A DNA stretch of 64,000 bases from Octopus vulgaris (taxonomy: Eukaryota), in the NCBI GenBank assembly GCA_951406725.2, contig OX597824.1:56482001-56546000 (forward strand), written 5' to 3'. Position numbers and translations under genes: made by a program. How positions within the stretch are numbered: the stretch's first letter is position 1; each line of letters begins with the position of its first letter. Positions 13,823-28,113 of the stretch are shown in pieces. The notes beneath the pieces are model-generated. The model had not been told where the DNA came from. It did no database searches and saw nothing but the letters and a program-made list of their open reading frames with translations.

Positions 13823-14110
13823 CAAACAAGATTAAATTTAGACAACTTGCTGCTCCTTATCTCATCTAAAGTCTTAATCAGCAACTTATTGTCTTTTACT
13901 AGATCTGCAAAATTTATTGGCAAGTGATTTTATACTCTTAACTTTCAATAGCTTAGTACTCTAAGTTATACCCCTTCACTTCAGTGCTTCTTTTATCATA
14001 TTCTTGACTTAGCTTCTCCTTAATAATACTAAAATTATTTTTACTTGCTGATATTTGTTTTAATGTTGTTATTGTCATTACCATTATTGCTGTTATTGTT
14101 ATTATAAGTA

Positions 14111-16399
14111 TTGGGTTGTCCGGAAAGTTCATGCAGATTTTTAAAAGAAAGGAAAAGGTCAATAAATACTTACCATTACATTTTTAATCAACCAAATATG
14201 AACCATTTTGTTGCGTCTCCATCTTTCCTTTAACTTGAAAATACCTTCTTCCCAGAATTGAGGTGGTTTCATGGCAAAGAATTCATCAAGGTATCTTTTT
14301 ACGTCATCCAAGGAATTGAAATTTTTATCATTAAGACTATTTTGCAGAGAGCTGAATACAGTGGCCTGGGAACAAAATTTGCTTAGGGGATATTGAATGG
14401 TCGTTTTGCCCCAAAAAGGTGGACAGGGGGAAGACCCATTGACCTGGGAGTGCAGGTAGAAAGAAAGAGGAAGTGTAGAGAAAGAAGGCAATAAAGATAG
14501 ATAGGAGGTGGTTATAGAGACAGGAAGAAATGAAAGGTAGTAAAGAGGGAAAAGAAGATGTGTAGAGAGAAAGAACCATAGAAATAGATAGGGAATGTTT
14601 TACAAAGAAGAGGATAGGAAAGGTTAGAAAACGGAGACAATGTCCACCAAATGTTGAAAGCTGTGTGGGATACCACTGAGTAAGAATAGAAGCGGATGTG
14701 TGGCTTTACAAATTTATTTCGTAATTTCAGTTTGCAATTATTTATAGTTAAATGTTTCCTTTCAAAGTTTTTACTTTCAAACAATTTTTTCATGCACATT
14801 TTGGACCTAACAACCTATATGAGAAAATCGTTTTGACTGAAAGAATTTTGAAAGGGTTTTGAATCCATTCAACCATGTTTTAAGTCTTTAGCAACACCAA
14901 TTACAAAGAACTTGGGAGTGGTACTGAAAGATGGAGAGTAGTATTTGACAGACAGAAAGAGAGAGTTACATATTTTAACTGGGTGGGAGCTGTCTTCAAT
15001 AATTCAAGTAATGCTATATATTCAAAATTAACCATACATGTTGGTTTTGTTGTTATTGTTGCTGCTACTGTTGTTATTGTCACTTATTTTTTTTTGTATT
15101 TTGACACTACTTTCCTTCAGAAGTTAGTGGTCATAAACTCCCTAGGGAATTTTATGCCAGCTTCATCACTTTTATTTATTATTATTTTTTTTTCTTTGTT
15201 TTGAGACGAGATCGAACTTAAGCATTTTATACCTTTGAATTTTAGACACTTTTTTCTGAAACTGGTAAGATTATGTAGGGGGTGCAAATTTTGATCTTGC
15301 ACCCCCTGAGAATTCTAGGGGGTGCAGGTGCACCCGCTGTACCCCCTGTTCCCGGGCTCTTGGCTGAATAAGTGGAAATCCAAAGAAGCAATAATATTTG
15401 GTGAATATGGAGGGTGGGGTAACACATCCTAGCCGAGCTGCAGCAATTTTTGTCTGGTTCCCAAAGAAACGTGCGATCTTGCATTATCTTGTTGGAAAAC
15501 AACACCCTTCCTGTTGGCCAATTCTGATCGTTTCTCTTGAATTACTGCTTTTAACACGTCCAGTTGTGTGCAGTATTTCTCATAATTAATTGTCTGGTTA
15601 CTTGGGAGAAGCTCATAGTACAGAATTCCTTTCCAATTCCACCAGACACAAAGCAAGACTTTTTTAGGGAGAAGACCCGCTTTTGGGGTAGCTAAGGGTG
15701 GCTCATGTCACTTACTCCAGGATCACTTTCTCTGAACATTTCAGTAGATAATCCATTTCTCATCACCTGTCACAATTTGCTTTAAAAAAGGAGCATTTTC
15801 ATTGTGTTTATAAAGTGAATCACAGATGGAAATGCGATCCAAAAGGTTCTTCTCACTCAACACATGTGGTACCCAAATATCACAGCAATTTGTGTACCCA
15901 AGCTTTACCAGGTGCTCATGAACGACGGATTTTGATAGGTTGAGGCTTTCTGCCAATTCTTGGGTTGTGCAATGTTGGTTATTCTCAATTAATGGCTTGA
16001 TTTGGTCATCATCTGTAGTGGATGGTCTGCCTGATCGCTCTTTATCAATAAGGCTACAATCTCCAGCTCGAAACCTTGCGAACCACTTCTGTACAGTTCT
16101 TTCGGATAAAGAAACATCACTATAAACTGCATGTTTCTTTGGTTGCTTGTGAGGCATTTTTCCCTTTACAGAAAAAGAAAAGCATCAAGTGCTGAAAATG
16201 AACTTTCTTATCTTCCATTTTAAAAGGTTACAGAATTAACACAGGTTATAGGAACATAAACCTTCTTCCACAAAAAATAGCTTAAACTGTGCTCTAAATG
16301 GAGGTGTAGTCAAATCCTATTTTATGGACTCAACCATGTTCTAAAATAAGTCGAAAGGTAAGCTACTATAAATCGGCACAAACTTTCTGAACAACCCAG
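14111..16399 (-). mobile_element. Mariner DNA transposon (pseudogenised), interrupted by a hAT MITE
   Basis: TIRs TTGGGTTGTCCGGAAAGTT / AACTTTCTGAACAACCCAG with TA on both sides. Transposase motifs WVPHVL, IVTGDEKW, MLCVWWN, QQDNARSH, SLQNSL. Confidence 0.92.
14359..15362. mobile_element. hAT-type non-autonomous element nested in the mariner
   Basis: 8-bp TSD GCTGAATA (14351-14358, 15363-15370); imperfect 15-bp TIRs CAGTGGCCTGGGAAC / CAAGAGCCCGGGAAC. Confidence 0.8.
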
Positions 16400-16680
16400 T
16401 ATTACATGCTATATTAATTAGCAAGGATGTTAACTTGAGGTTTAGTGATGACAAGTCCCCGCAGATTTCAAGAATTTTACTTGAGATTCTTACAGAATGC
16501 AAGATTGCACTTTTCTACAACATGACTTTCAATTTCAGTGTCATTCAACTTCTTAGATAGGAGTTTGGATATTGAATGCTGTACCAAGTGCATCAATTAC
16601 TACAAGAATAATTGTCTTCTGAGTCTTCCACAATTTCTTCATTTCTCTGACTAGGTCCTGATATTTCTCACTAATTGAAA

Positions 16681-19260
16681 TCATCATCATCATTATCATC
16701 ATCACCACCACCACTGCCATCATCATCATCGTTTAACATCCGTTTTCCGCGCTAGCACGGGTTGGATGGTTCGACCGGGGTCTGGGAAGCCAGGGGCTGC
16801 ACCAGGCTTCAGTCTGATCTGGCAGTGTTTCTACAGCTGGATGCCCTTCCTAACGCCAACCACTCTGCAAGTGTAGTGGGTGCTTTTTACGTGCCACCGG
16901 CACAGGTGCCAGGGGAGTCTGGCATCTGCCACGATCGGTTGGTGCTTTTAACGTGCCACCGGCACGGAAGCCAGCCAAGGCGGCGCTGGCATTGGCCACG
17001 TTTGGATGGTGCTTTTTATGTGCCACCGGCACAGAAGCTAGTTGAGGTGGCGCTGGCATCGGCCACGTTCGGATGGTGCTTTTTATGTGCCACCGGCACA
17101 GAAGCCAGTTGAGGCGGCGCTGGCAATGGCCACGTTCGGATAGTGCCTTTTATGTGCCACCGGCACAGGTGTCACAACTACTATTTCGATTGATATTTGT
17201 TTTGATGTTCATGTACATGTACTTGACTCAACAGGTCTCCTCAAGCACAGCGGGATGTTCTGGGATCCAAGGTACTTTGAATGGGCAGAGGCTATGCAGA
17301 ACTGGTGCAGGAAGCAGCCGGGCTCTTTGCAGTCACAGCACATCTCCAGAGATCTCGGTCCTTTGCCATTGCTTCAGTGAGGCCCAACGCTCTGAGGTCA
17401 TGCTTGACTACCTCATCCCATGTCTTCCTGGGTCTACCTCTCCCCCTGATTCCTTCAACTGTTTGGGAGCGGCACTTCTTCACACATCTCTCCTCATCCA
17501 TCCGCAGTACATGACCATACCATCGCAAGCGTCGCTCTTGCATACCAAATCTGATGCTTCTTATGTCCAGCATTTCTCTCAGGTTGCTTACACTCTGTTG
17601 TGCGTGCACACTGACATTAAACATCCAGCGGATCATGCTAGCTTCATTTCTTTCAAGTCTACGCATGTCCTCTGCAGTCACGGCCCATGTTTCACTACCG
17701 TGAAGCATGGCAGTTCGCACACGTGCATCATACAATCTACCTTTCACTCTGAGTGAGAGACCCTTTTTCGCCAGTAGGGGTAGGAGCTTTCTAAACTTTG
17801 CCCAGGCTATTCGTATTCTAGTGGTGACACTCTCTGAGCATCCACCTCCACTACTAACTTGGTCACCCAGGTAGCGGAAACTATCGACTACTTCTAGTTT
17901 CTTCCCCTGGAGTGTGATGGAATCTGTTTTCTGAGTATTTGTGGTGTCTATTGTCCCTGTGCATCTGCCGCACATGAAAGCTATCTAATCAGTTAATTTC
18001 CCTTTGATGTTGCTGCACCTCTAATGCGTCCATAGCTTACACTGGGTGCATCTTATGGAGTTTCTACCTACATCTTTCCTACAGATCGAACAGGGCCACC
18101 TGCCCTATGAGGTGTGTGCTGAGTTCGCCTTTCTGCTTACTATAACTTTGGTCTTTGCTACATTTACTCTAAGGCCCTTTGATTCTAACCCTTGTTTCCA
18201 CATCCAAAATTTCTTTTCTAGTTCCAGTAGTGATTCTGCTATGAGAGCCAGGTCATCAGCATAGAGGAGCTCCCAGGGGCAACCTGTTTTGAATTCCTCT
18301 GTTATTGCCTGGAGGACTATGATGAATAAAAGGGGACTGAGGGTTGAGCCTTGGTGTACACCTACTTCTACCCGGAATTCTTCACTATATTCGTTGCCAA
18401 TCCTCACCTTGCTGACAGCCTCTCTGTATAGGGCCTGTACAGCCCTTATTAACCATTCGTCAATCTCCAGTTTCCGCATCGACCACCAGATAAGGGATCG
18501 GGGGACCCTGTCAAAGGCTTTCTCCAAGTCCACAAAAGCTATGTAGAGGGGTTTATCTTTAGCTAGGTACTTCTCCTGCAGTTGTCGGACCAGGAATATA
18601 GCATCAGTGGTGCTTCTACCCGGCACAAAACCGAACTGCATCTCATCTAAGCAAATTCTCTCCCTAATGAGATGGGTTATGACCCTCTCTGTGACCTTCA
18701 TCACCTGATCCAACAGTTTAATACCCCTGTAGTTATTTCTATCTAGAGCATCACCCTTACCCTTTTAGCAGTTGACTATGGTGCTGCTACGCCAGTCATT
18801 GGGTATGACTCCATTATGAACTACCTGGTTTACAATGCGGGTGACTAGGCCATAGCCCACATAAACCAGCTGTTTTAAGCATTTCAGCAGTGATTCCTGA
18901 TGGGCCGGGGGCTTTACCTGGTTTCATACCCTTAATTGCCTTAACTACAAGGGAGCTGTCTATTTGGATAGCTGGTCCTTCTACTGGGTCAACATTTGGC
19001 AGGCTCTCCTCCTCCCATTCATTCTCCACATTCAGCAGTCTTTCATAATGGCTTCTCCAAGCCTCTTTCTTTTCACCAACATTAAAAGCAAGTGCCCCAT
19101 CATCCATGCGGACACATTTCTCTCCTGTAACATCACTATTTTCTCTCACACACTGTCTAGCAATCCGAAATACCTCAGTTCTTTGGTCCTCACGTCGCTG
19201 GACATTGGCAAACTTCTTTTCTGTTATATCTTTGGCTATGTATACCTGCCGCCCGGCCCC
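16681..19260 (-). mobile_element. RTE-clade LINE, 5'-truncated and frameshifted
   Basis: GKAPGPSG, QFGFVPGRSTTDAIF, DLEKAFDRV, GVHQGSTLSP, YADD, RRLRWYGHV, RGRGRPRKTW; 3' UTR with ~57-bp tandem units and a (GAT)n tail. Confidence 0.93.
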
Positions 19261-19261
19261 C

Positions 19262-19475
19262 CCTTTTGGCTACTTGGTACAGTTCCCTGCTACTCCCATC
19301 CCTCCAGGCTTTCCAGGCCTGTTTCTTTGCAAAGTCTTGGTGTTTTGGTTATGTGTGTGTCTATATGTTTTTTAATCATAATAAAGGCACCTTTTATTAT
19401 AGGGATTATTTCTGTTCTCAGGCTCCAAATTCTTTTCATCTCTATTTTCAGATTTTTGTATTTTAAGAGTTTCTC
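19262..19475 (-). mobile_element. Fragment of a restriction-like-endonuclease LINE
   Basis: KLLKYKNLKIEMKRIWSLRTEIIPIIKGAF resembles the K..KY..L / P.I.GA.G RLE C-terminus. Confidence 0.55.
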
Positions 19476-19509
19476 TGTTTCTTTTAGAGATGTGTTATTT
19501 TTGCAGTGT

Positions 19510-19850
19510 TTGTCTTTTGTCATAGACAGGAAGTTGGAACAAAGAGCCAACATGAAATTTTGTGTTAAACTTGGGATCTGTGGAGTGCGAAGAATTCAAT
19601 TCTTCATTATGAAAATGCAGCCTGTAAATGAGCTCCCCCTATTTGCCAGATTTAGCACCTGCATATTTCCATCTTTTCTCCAAGACAAAAATGCAGCTCA
19701 AAGGTCGCCATTTTAACATTGTTGTTGAGATCAAGAATGAATTGCAGAAGGTCAAAATTAGGGTTAGGAACACTGGGACCTGTGTTGCTGCACAGGGTAA
19801 CTATTTCAAAGCAGATGATGTTAAAACTTAGGTAAATAAGTTATTTTTTA
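19510..19850 (+). mobile_element. Mariner relic
   Basis: EQRANMKFCVKLG N-terminus and PYLPDLAPAYFHLF..K..LKGRHF C-terminus. Confidence 0.7.
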
Positions 19851-19857
19851 TTAAACA

Positions 19858-20704
19858 CTAGCAGAATTGCCCGGCGTTGCTCGGGGCTGAATTGCTTGAA
19901 AGTACTGTTAATGATTGCACTGAATTATGATGATTATTCAGGTAAATATTGATATAAGTTTACGGTGGGAGATAAGGACTTAACGATAAAACGTGTGCCA
20001 TTGCATTGTTTTGGGGGAACCAAATTTCTGATGAGCATTATAGGGTCACCAACTTTAAGTTTGAGAAAGTGTGGTGGTAGTCTGGGGTGCTCAAAGGAAT
20101 TGAGTACCTCTATTGGATAGTTGATGATGTCCTCTGGGTCAGGAGTTGTATCGATAGACTGATATACATAGACTTCCCCAGGAATGAGTTTTAGCATTTC
20201 ATCATTAATATGGTGAACAGTTTTATTCCTCGGGGCCAGTATAGCCTTTTTGCCAATCCAATCCATATTCTGATAATTAGCTTGTAGATCTGGGAACACT
20301 GCATCTCTGAGATCAGAAGGCGTCTTAACAATGGTACAAATGGAATCGATGGCAATATTACCATTTTCATCCCCTGGTATTTTGCCTTCGCCAAGTGCAA
20401 GGAGGGTGTGAGGAAATGCTGCTGATGTGATATTACGTCGCATATGAGCACGCATATTGGTGTGAAGTTTGAGAGTTACTTCCCTTTATTAAAAAAAATA
20501 TGCATTAAAATGGAAAAAAATGATGGTAAATTATTTGTAAAATCATAGACTCATCGTAGACGCACGCTAATACCCAGAAGGGCTCGATATGAATCACGAC
20601 TATAAGATACCCGGTTTTGGTTAAACTGCATTGCAAAATGTGGGAGTAGTTAGGAATCTAAATCGGAGTAGACAGACACACAACCTTTCTTTTATATATA
20701 AATA
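19858..20704 (-). mobile_element. Helitron deletion derivative retaining a PIF1-like helicase fragment
   Basis: CTAG and hairpin at 19858-19886; ORF 19934-20455 with AILAPRN, LKLKVGDPIMLIRNL...CNGTR; 5' part matches 1166-1360. Confidence 0.88.
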
Positions 20705-21550
20705 TTTTCGTCCTAAAAAACTTTGTATGGATTGAATGGTTACCTCTATGGAAATATATACACGCACATTATACATACATGTGTGTATAGATGAATATAT
20801 AAATACATTTAAATATCTATATACACTTTTGGGCGATCTTTCTTTTTCTTAGAGATAACTTTAGATCTTATATTCGTCCTAAAAAACTTTGTATGGAGTG
20901 AAAGGTTACCTCTATGGAAATATATACACACACATTATACATACATCTGTGTATAGATGAATATATAAATACATTTAAATATCTATATACACTTTTGGGC
21001 GATCTTTCTTTTTCTTAGAGATAACTTTAGATCTTATTTTCGTCCTAAAAAACTTTGTATGGAGTGAATGGTTACCTCTATGGAAATATATACACACACA
21101 TTATACATACATGTGTGTATAGATGAATATATAAATACATTTAAATATCTATATACACTTTTGGGCGATCTTTCTTTTTCTTAGAGATAACTTTAGATCT
21201 TATATTTGTCCTAAAAAAACTTTGTATGGAGTGAAAGGTTACCTCTATGGAAATATATACACACACATTATACATACATCTGTGTATAGATGAATATATA
21301 AATAAATTTAAATATCTATATACACTTTTGGGCGATCTTTCTTTTTCTTAGAGATAAATTTAGATCTTATTTTCGTCCTAAAAAACTTTGTATGGAGTGA
21401 ATGGTTACCTCTATGGAAATATATACACACACGTTATACATACATGTGTGCATAGATGAATATATAAATACATTTAAATATCTATATACATTTTTGGGCG
21501 ATCTTTCTGCTACTTGGATATAGATCTTATATTCGTCGTAAAAAACTTTC
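20705..21550. repeat. Minisatellite, ~165-bp unit, about 5 copies
   Basis: The motif TCGTCCTAAAAAACTTTGTATGG recurs at ~165-166-bp spacing. Confidence 0.93.
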
Positions 21551-21969
21551 CTGTCACACACTCATGCACACGCGCACACACACACACACGCATCCTCACA
21601 CACACACACACGCACACACACATGTTAGCTTACAATTTTATTTATATATTTGCGTGTCTATGTGTGTAAAGAGGAAGTGGGAATGTAGAGTGAAAGAGTC
21701 ACTCACTACAGAAAGTGAATTACTTTCACTTTATTCGTTGCACACTGTAAGCATTTGACTCATACACCACGATGTGAGTTTTCTCTAAATTTTGCTTAAT
21801 TGGGGTTGAAATTTAAAAAAGTGGACCTGGCACGACCCGATGCATTCAACTCTTAAAAATGCTAGGTAAATTGTAATTGAAGAAATCCTATATTGTAGAT
21901 TTCTATAAGATACAAAGGGAGGCAGATAAAATCTGCCTTTTATAATAAGAGATAACAAAAAGTTCCTAC

Positions 21970-22446
21970 TTTTTGATACCACCTCATATCAGACAGACTA
22001 ACAACATCAACAATGTCATTGATTGTCCTCCAACAATCCTCATGCACATGCTGATGAATTTTCTCCACATTTCCAGTGGTGACACTTGTGGCAGATCTTC
22101 CAGATTGCTCATTGTCTTCCAGGGATGTTCTGTTTTTGAAGCACCCATGGCACTTGAAATATTGCGTACAACCTATTGCCTTGCTGACACATGCTCAATG
22201 TCGCTGTAACAAACTTCCCAAGTTTAATGCAAAATTTTACATTGACTTTGTTCCTACTTCCTGTCTATGAGAAAATCACATACATGTGATCACAAAAACA
22301 CAAATTTCACAACTTGTGAAGTAATGTCACTTCACACACTGCCTCATGAAGGTCACTACTAGCTCTCACTGCATATGCAACCAAGTCCTAGCATCTGATG
22401 ACATGCTACAGAACTAGTCCAGAAACTTTTTGATACCACCTTCATA
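21970..22446 (-). mobile_element. Mariner-like non-autonomous relic
   Basis: TTTTGATACCACCT termini and degraded transposase-like sequence. Confidence 0.45.
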
Positions 22447-22460
22447 CATATGTGTATATA

Positions 22461-23229
22461 CTAGCTGTTGGACCCGGCGTTGCTTGTGTTTTCTGTATTG
22501 AAGTTAAGCACACCTCTGACCTTGTATTGAAATTTTCTACATTCTCTGTGCCTTTAAGATGTTACATCTGGTTCGGCAGGGATTTTACCTGGTTAACGCT
22601 TTTGACATACTCCTACATACTGGACCATCTGAAATCGCAGTCAAACTTTTGGGTGTACCTCGACCCATTGAGAGTGATGTTTGTTTATTTCTCTCCCCTT
22701 AATGCCACCCTCTGTACAAAATTGATCAGTGTGTCCAATCTCAGAAAATCTGAAGAAAAGTGTTATGGTTATATCATAAAATAGAATCCATGTGACCATT
22801 TACATGAAATTATAAAAGTTACAGCCAAAAATAAAATCCCTATGGGTATTTGCATACAAAAAGCCTATTGATTTTATAAAACCACTGCTCTGGTGCAATT
22901 AGCGATTTTTTGTCAACGCCATATACTGACATCAACTCACTTCCATGAGCCTCGCTCACTCATCGATTTTCATCAAAATCAGTGCAAAAGCTGCAGGAAA
23001 AATAACATCATTATGGGAATTTCCATTCAACGCCCGATTGAGCTCACAAAAATCAATACCAACTGAGCATTATCGAGCTTTTGAAAAATTCTGGCCTTAT
23101 TTTAACTTCAGGGCATGTGATCTACCTATGTGCCAAAATTCATTAAAATCGGTTGGATGGTGTGAGAGGAGTTAGAGTAACCCCAAACATACACAGAGAC
23201 AGACACCATTACAAATTTATGTATATAGA
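22461..23229 (-). mobile_element. Non-autonomous Helitron, second family
   Basis: CTAG at 22461-22464 with subterminal CCCGGCGTTGC; minus-strand 5' end TCTATATACATAAA..TGTCTGTCTC; A|T insertion. Confidence 0.75.
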
Positions 23230-23749
23230 TGTTTATATATATATATATATATAGAAAGGTGAATACTTTTATATATATAAATGTAAGATCCAAGGATTGA
23301 GGTGTAGGAAGAAGGTTAGCTCCAAGCAAACCATAGAAAATATAAAAAACAACTTTCAAGAACAATAGTGGTTTAATGAGGTGGAAGGTTGTGGATTTTT
23401 TTCTGTATCGAAGTATGGTAAGCTGAAAAAAGGTTTTATATTTCATGGCAAACAGGTAGGGTTGCCAGGTATGCAAATAAAATACAAGAGTTAAGGAAAG
23501 GAGTAGATAATATCTGGGCTACATATGTTTTATAGCAAGTGGAATCTCGGAAGTAGTAAATATCCAAGCAAGGTGTATACTGCAGGTTGCTCTTCAGGCC
23601 AAAGGTATCTTGATTAAATGAAGTTTACATTATTGTAAGAAGAAGGTACATGAACGATTCAATCAGAGAGCACTGTTGGAGTGGAGAATATATTGTGAAG
23701 AGTGTAAGAAAGAAAGGAATATAGTAATAAGAAAAAGAATTAAAAAACA

Positions 23750-26700
23750 TGTTATCTCACACATTTGGATAGCATGCCTTCATCAATAACTACTCTACTA
23801 CCGAACTCACACTTCCGACGACTCAACTCAACAGAGCTCGACATCTAGTCTACTGGTGGCTCTGGCTCACTCTATGCGACCCTTCTACGACTAGCTATCA
23901 CATCCACTATTTATACGTATTGGACTAGCCTACTTATCATCTGGGGGTGTCCACACAACACCTCCCCCTTTTGAGAGTTTTTTTTTTCTAAATCTGAATT
24001 TATCAATTTTATTTCCTTGGTGAGAAACTGGCATATATTTTTCTCTTAGCATTAATTTCCATCATTTCTGTAGGTTTTCTCTTCCTGCTTGACCTGTGTT
24101 GGTTCTGCTTCTGCTTGTGGTTCTGGGACCTCGAACAAATCATACCATATATCCATTAGTTCCTCTCACCTCTCTTGATTTTTGGTATATCTTTTTTTGC
24201 AATTGGTTTATATGCCTTCTGTGTTCATATTTTCGTCCTTTTACCATGTACATCACATTACCTAGACATCCAGTTCAGTTATACTTCCTTGTTCCCAGTC
24301 CTGTTTCCCGTTTCTATATATTTTAAAATACACTTCATCACGTGTGTTAAAAAATTTCTTTCTTCTTCCCGAATTTTCTGTTTTCTGTTTCCTACTCAGC
24401 AACAATTTATCAAAAATAGAATGAAATTTTCTGGAAAACATCAAATCTATGGGTGACTTACCCAACTCTGCATTTGGATTCAGTGTTATTCTATACATCT
24501 GCAAAATCTTTGTCATCTTGTATCTTCAAGGGTATCCCGTTTGGTCTTTCTTAAAGCTCTCTTGAATGTGTCGATGAATCTTTCCGCTAACCCATTTGAC
24601 CTTGGATGGTATGGCGGAGTTAACACATGCTTCATTTGAACTGACTTACAGAATCTTTCAAATTCCTTCTCTGTGAATTGTATACAATGGTATACGATCT
24701 GACACGATCGTATCTGGCACCCCATAACAAGCAAATAATTCTTCCAAGAAGTCAATCATCACACTTATGGTTGGCCTTGAACATTTACGCACTTCAGGTC
24801 ATTTGGAATAGCTATCCACCATGATGATGTAATGAGAGCCATTTATTAGTCCTGTGAAATCTACATGCAGCCTAAACCATGCCGAATCAGTTTTTGGCCA
24901 CAGTTGAATCTGCACTAGGGACACCGTTGCTGCCATAGTGCATCCCCTACACTGTTTTACCAGTCTCTCAATTTGCTTGTCCATATTCAGCCAATAAACG
25001 TAACTACTCATGAGACTCTTCATCCGGACAATCCCTGGATGTTCTACATGGAAGTCTGTATTGCAACGCTTTCAATTATTACCACTCTTTGTGCATATAG
25101 TAATACCTCGTCACATACTGAATAGTGCTTTGAACCTGCGTCCCGCTCATTTATATTTTTCGTGTTACTCAACATTTAAAAAAATCTTGTTTTTGAACCT
25201 ATCTTTTCCTGATTCCAATTTAATTTGTTCCAGCATTACCAGCAAATCATGTACTACATTGCACAAAATGTTCTTCAGCTCCATTTAGTTTTAATGATTC
25301 AATCACTGTGTCTTCAAAAGGTTCCTCATATTTTGGCAAATATTTCTTCTGGGTTTGGAAGTGGATAATTGTAATTTTTTAAACAATCATTAAGACTAGT
25401 TAAGAAGTCCACATATACTCTTATTTTGTTGTTCTTTTTTATATATACAGTAGGAGCCACCCACTCAGGGTAGTCAACTTTTTCAATTACCTCCATGTCT
25501 TCCAATCTTTTTAATTCCTTCTCAACTTGATTTAACGCCGCAAAAGGTTTGAACACTGGTGCTGCATTTTCTTTCAACTCAAACTTTACTTTGATTTTTT
25601 TACATGCACTGAGTTCTTTCGAAAACACATCTTTTTCAATTTTAATTTCAATTTTTCCAATACTTTTTCTGACATGGACTGTGACACATTCACCTTATTA
25701 CATAGTGTATTCAGTGGTAGATCTCACAAGTCGAATTCTTCCATTAAATCTGTCCCAAACAGATTCATTGTATTCTTAGATACCATTAGTTTACTTTTCC
25801 GCATCATGTTTTTAAGTTTTATTTCTGGTGAAATTTTGCCCAAGAATTGAACACCGTGAGCTATCCTAGTAGTTTTTTTATACACCGACCTACCTATCTT
25901 ACACCATGTTGCCATATTTATTATCGATATGTCTGAACTGGTATCTAATTGCATATCAGTCTGAAAACCATTTATTTTTACCAACACAAATTTTTGATTT
26001 TGTATGGTATAATTTACTTTTGTTGAGTAGATGTTCTTTGGTTTTACAATTGTCTTCGGCCAGCATTTCGTCTGTATATGCCCAATTTTACCACACTTAA
26101 AACGTGTTTTATCTTTAAAGGGGCAATCTTTCCTCAAATATCGGTGTCTGCAACCAGAGCACTGTTTTGAATTTATATATTTTCTTCTGTCTGTACTTTC
26201 TTTACACATTTGTACATTCTTATCATTGTCTTCTAATTTTCTTGTATCATCTCGAAGGTTTATTATTTGTTAGCATTCCTCAGCCACTTTCTGCAAAGTT
26301 AGTTTCACATCTTGATTCAACTTTGATAATATTCTTTTTCTAATTTCCGCGTCTTCCATTGCCACTAGCCCTTTAACGAATATTAGGCACTTGAACATAT
26401 CTGGTGTTAATTCTTCCAGCTTAAACCTTTTGCAAGCCTTATTAATCATATCAGCATATGTTACAAGATTGTTGGACTCGCTTTTCTTTAAATTTAAACA
26501 TTCCCACTGAATGTTAAACTGCAAACTTTTCTCACTAAAAATATTAGTCAAAATATTTATCATTTCACCAAAACACAATTCCGTGGGCTTTCTCAGCAAA
26601 ATAAAGTTACAAAAACTTTCATGTTCTGGAGGGGCAAGCTTTCGCAAAAGAAGTCTTACCTTCCTTTCACTAGACCATCCCTTGCATTCCTCTTGGAATA

Positions 26701-27146
26701 TGTCTTCGAATCGTCTGTAATATGCAGTAAAAGTAGTTCCTTCATCCAGTTTGTGGTGAAATTTTTCAATGGAATTTGTGACACCATCCGCTGAAAATGA
26801 TTCTGTCATATTTCTCAACTGCAGTAACAATTCTGTTAACATCTGCTATTGCTGCTGTTGCTGCTCTTGTTGTTTGACAACTGCTTTCAGTAACTCTTCC
26901 ATTTTGGTACTATTCGAAACCTTGTCGCCATTGTTATATCTCACGTTCGGATGGCGTGCCTTCGCCAATAATGTACCTCTACTCAACTACTGAACTCTCG
27001 CTTCTGACAACTCGACTCAAGAGAACTTGACGACTAGTCTACTGACATCTCTGGCTCGCTCTATGCGACACTTCTACGACTAGCTATCATGTCCACTATT
27101 TATACGTATTGGACTAGCCTACTTATCTGGGGGCATCCACACAACA
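23750..27146 (-). mobile_element. Ty3/Gypsy LTR retrotransposon, degenerate, RT/RNase H largely deleted
   Basis: LTRs 23750-23960 and 26932-27146 (TG..CA); PBS TGGCGAC; PPT at 23961-23972; TSD AAACA/AAACG. Gag, knuckle KCGKIGHIQTKC, protease LDTSS, integrase [14 protein letters not shown]. Confidence 0.92.
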
Positions 27147-27589
27147 AAACGTAAGGGAATGGGAGAGTCGTAAGGAATTTAAGTAAAGAGTCAAAGAGAA
27201 ATGCTAGATTGGTATTTGAAAGGATGTGGATGGAAAAGAGAGAGCATTTATGGTCTTGAGGGAGAAAAATATGCTTGAAGTGTTGGTGTAGTAGTAAATA
27301 TGAAAGTCTAAAGAAAATGAGAAAGGATACTACAATCTAAGAATTAAAGAATGTATATTGTTGTGCATGAGCATTTGTACTGTATGAAATAGTAGAGGTG
27401 TATGTAGGCATAAGTACTTGTAAGTATAGGAAGGTGGGGTGGAGAAGGGTGTGGAGGCAGGCAGAAAAGAGAAATTAAATTGTATAAATAGTAAGGAAAG
27501 ATAAAGCTAGATATAAACAAGAAATAAGGGGTTATAGTGAAAATAGTGGGAATATATTGATGATTTAATATTTAGTGGTTGTGAGGGTA

Positions 27590-27850
27590 TATAAGAAGGA
27601 ATGTCTAAGATGGCAGGAAGAAGGGAGGTGTTATTTGTATTTTGAGAATAGGTTGTGTAATCGATGTTTGCATGTAAAAGTTATACTGTGGCATTCGTTG
27701 AGACAATCTGTAGATTGCATAATAGCTAAGATTTTGGCTCTGCAGAGATTGCACTTATTATAGCCGGAGTATGTTTTAGTGTGAGTGACTATGGACCACT
27801 TATGAGTAAGAAATTGAACCGTTCTTGAGTTTATGGATAAGCTGAGATAA
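27590..27850 (-). mobile_element. Penelope-like GIY-YIG C-terminal relic
   Basis: KWSIV....YS...KCNLC..K...I......LN.......CKH. Confidence 0.65.
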
Positions 27851-28113
27851 AAATGTACTGTTGGATTTTGTTTGGGACTTGAAGCTGGAGTAGTAGTTGC
27901 CCATGTATCCAGAGTGGAGGGCAATTGCCCCAAACATCTAGCTATTGGTGGTGGGGGTGGAGGCTGATAGGAAAGTCACATAGCCCTCAATGTTACATAT
28001 CCTTGTCTTGTCTTACCCATTTTGCCCCACCTAAATTTATCTTTTATATGCTCATAGTGAACAGTAATAATTTTCTGAAATAGTGTTCTGAATATATCAT
28101 AGATTTTACTGCA

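Noticed and set aside
19934-20455. Host PIF1 helicase gene
   Set aside because: A fragment enclosed by Helitron termini.
20705-21550. CRISPR-like periodicity
   Set aside because: Whole units repeat with no unique spacers; eukaryotic context and no cas genes.
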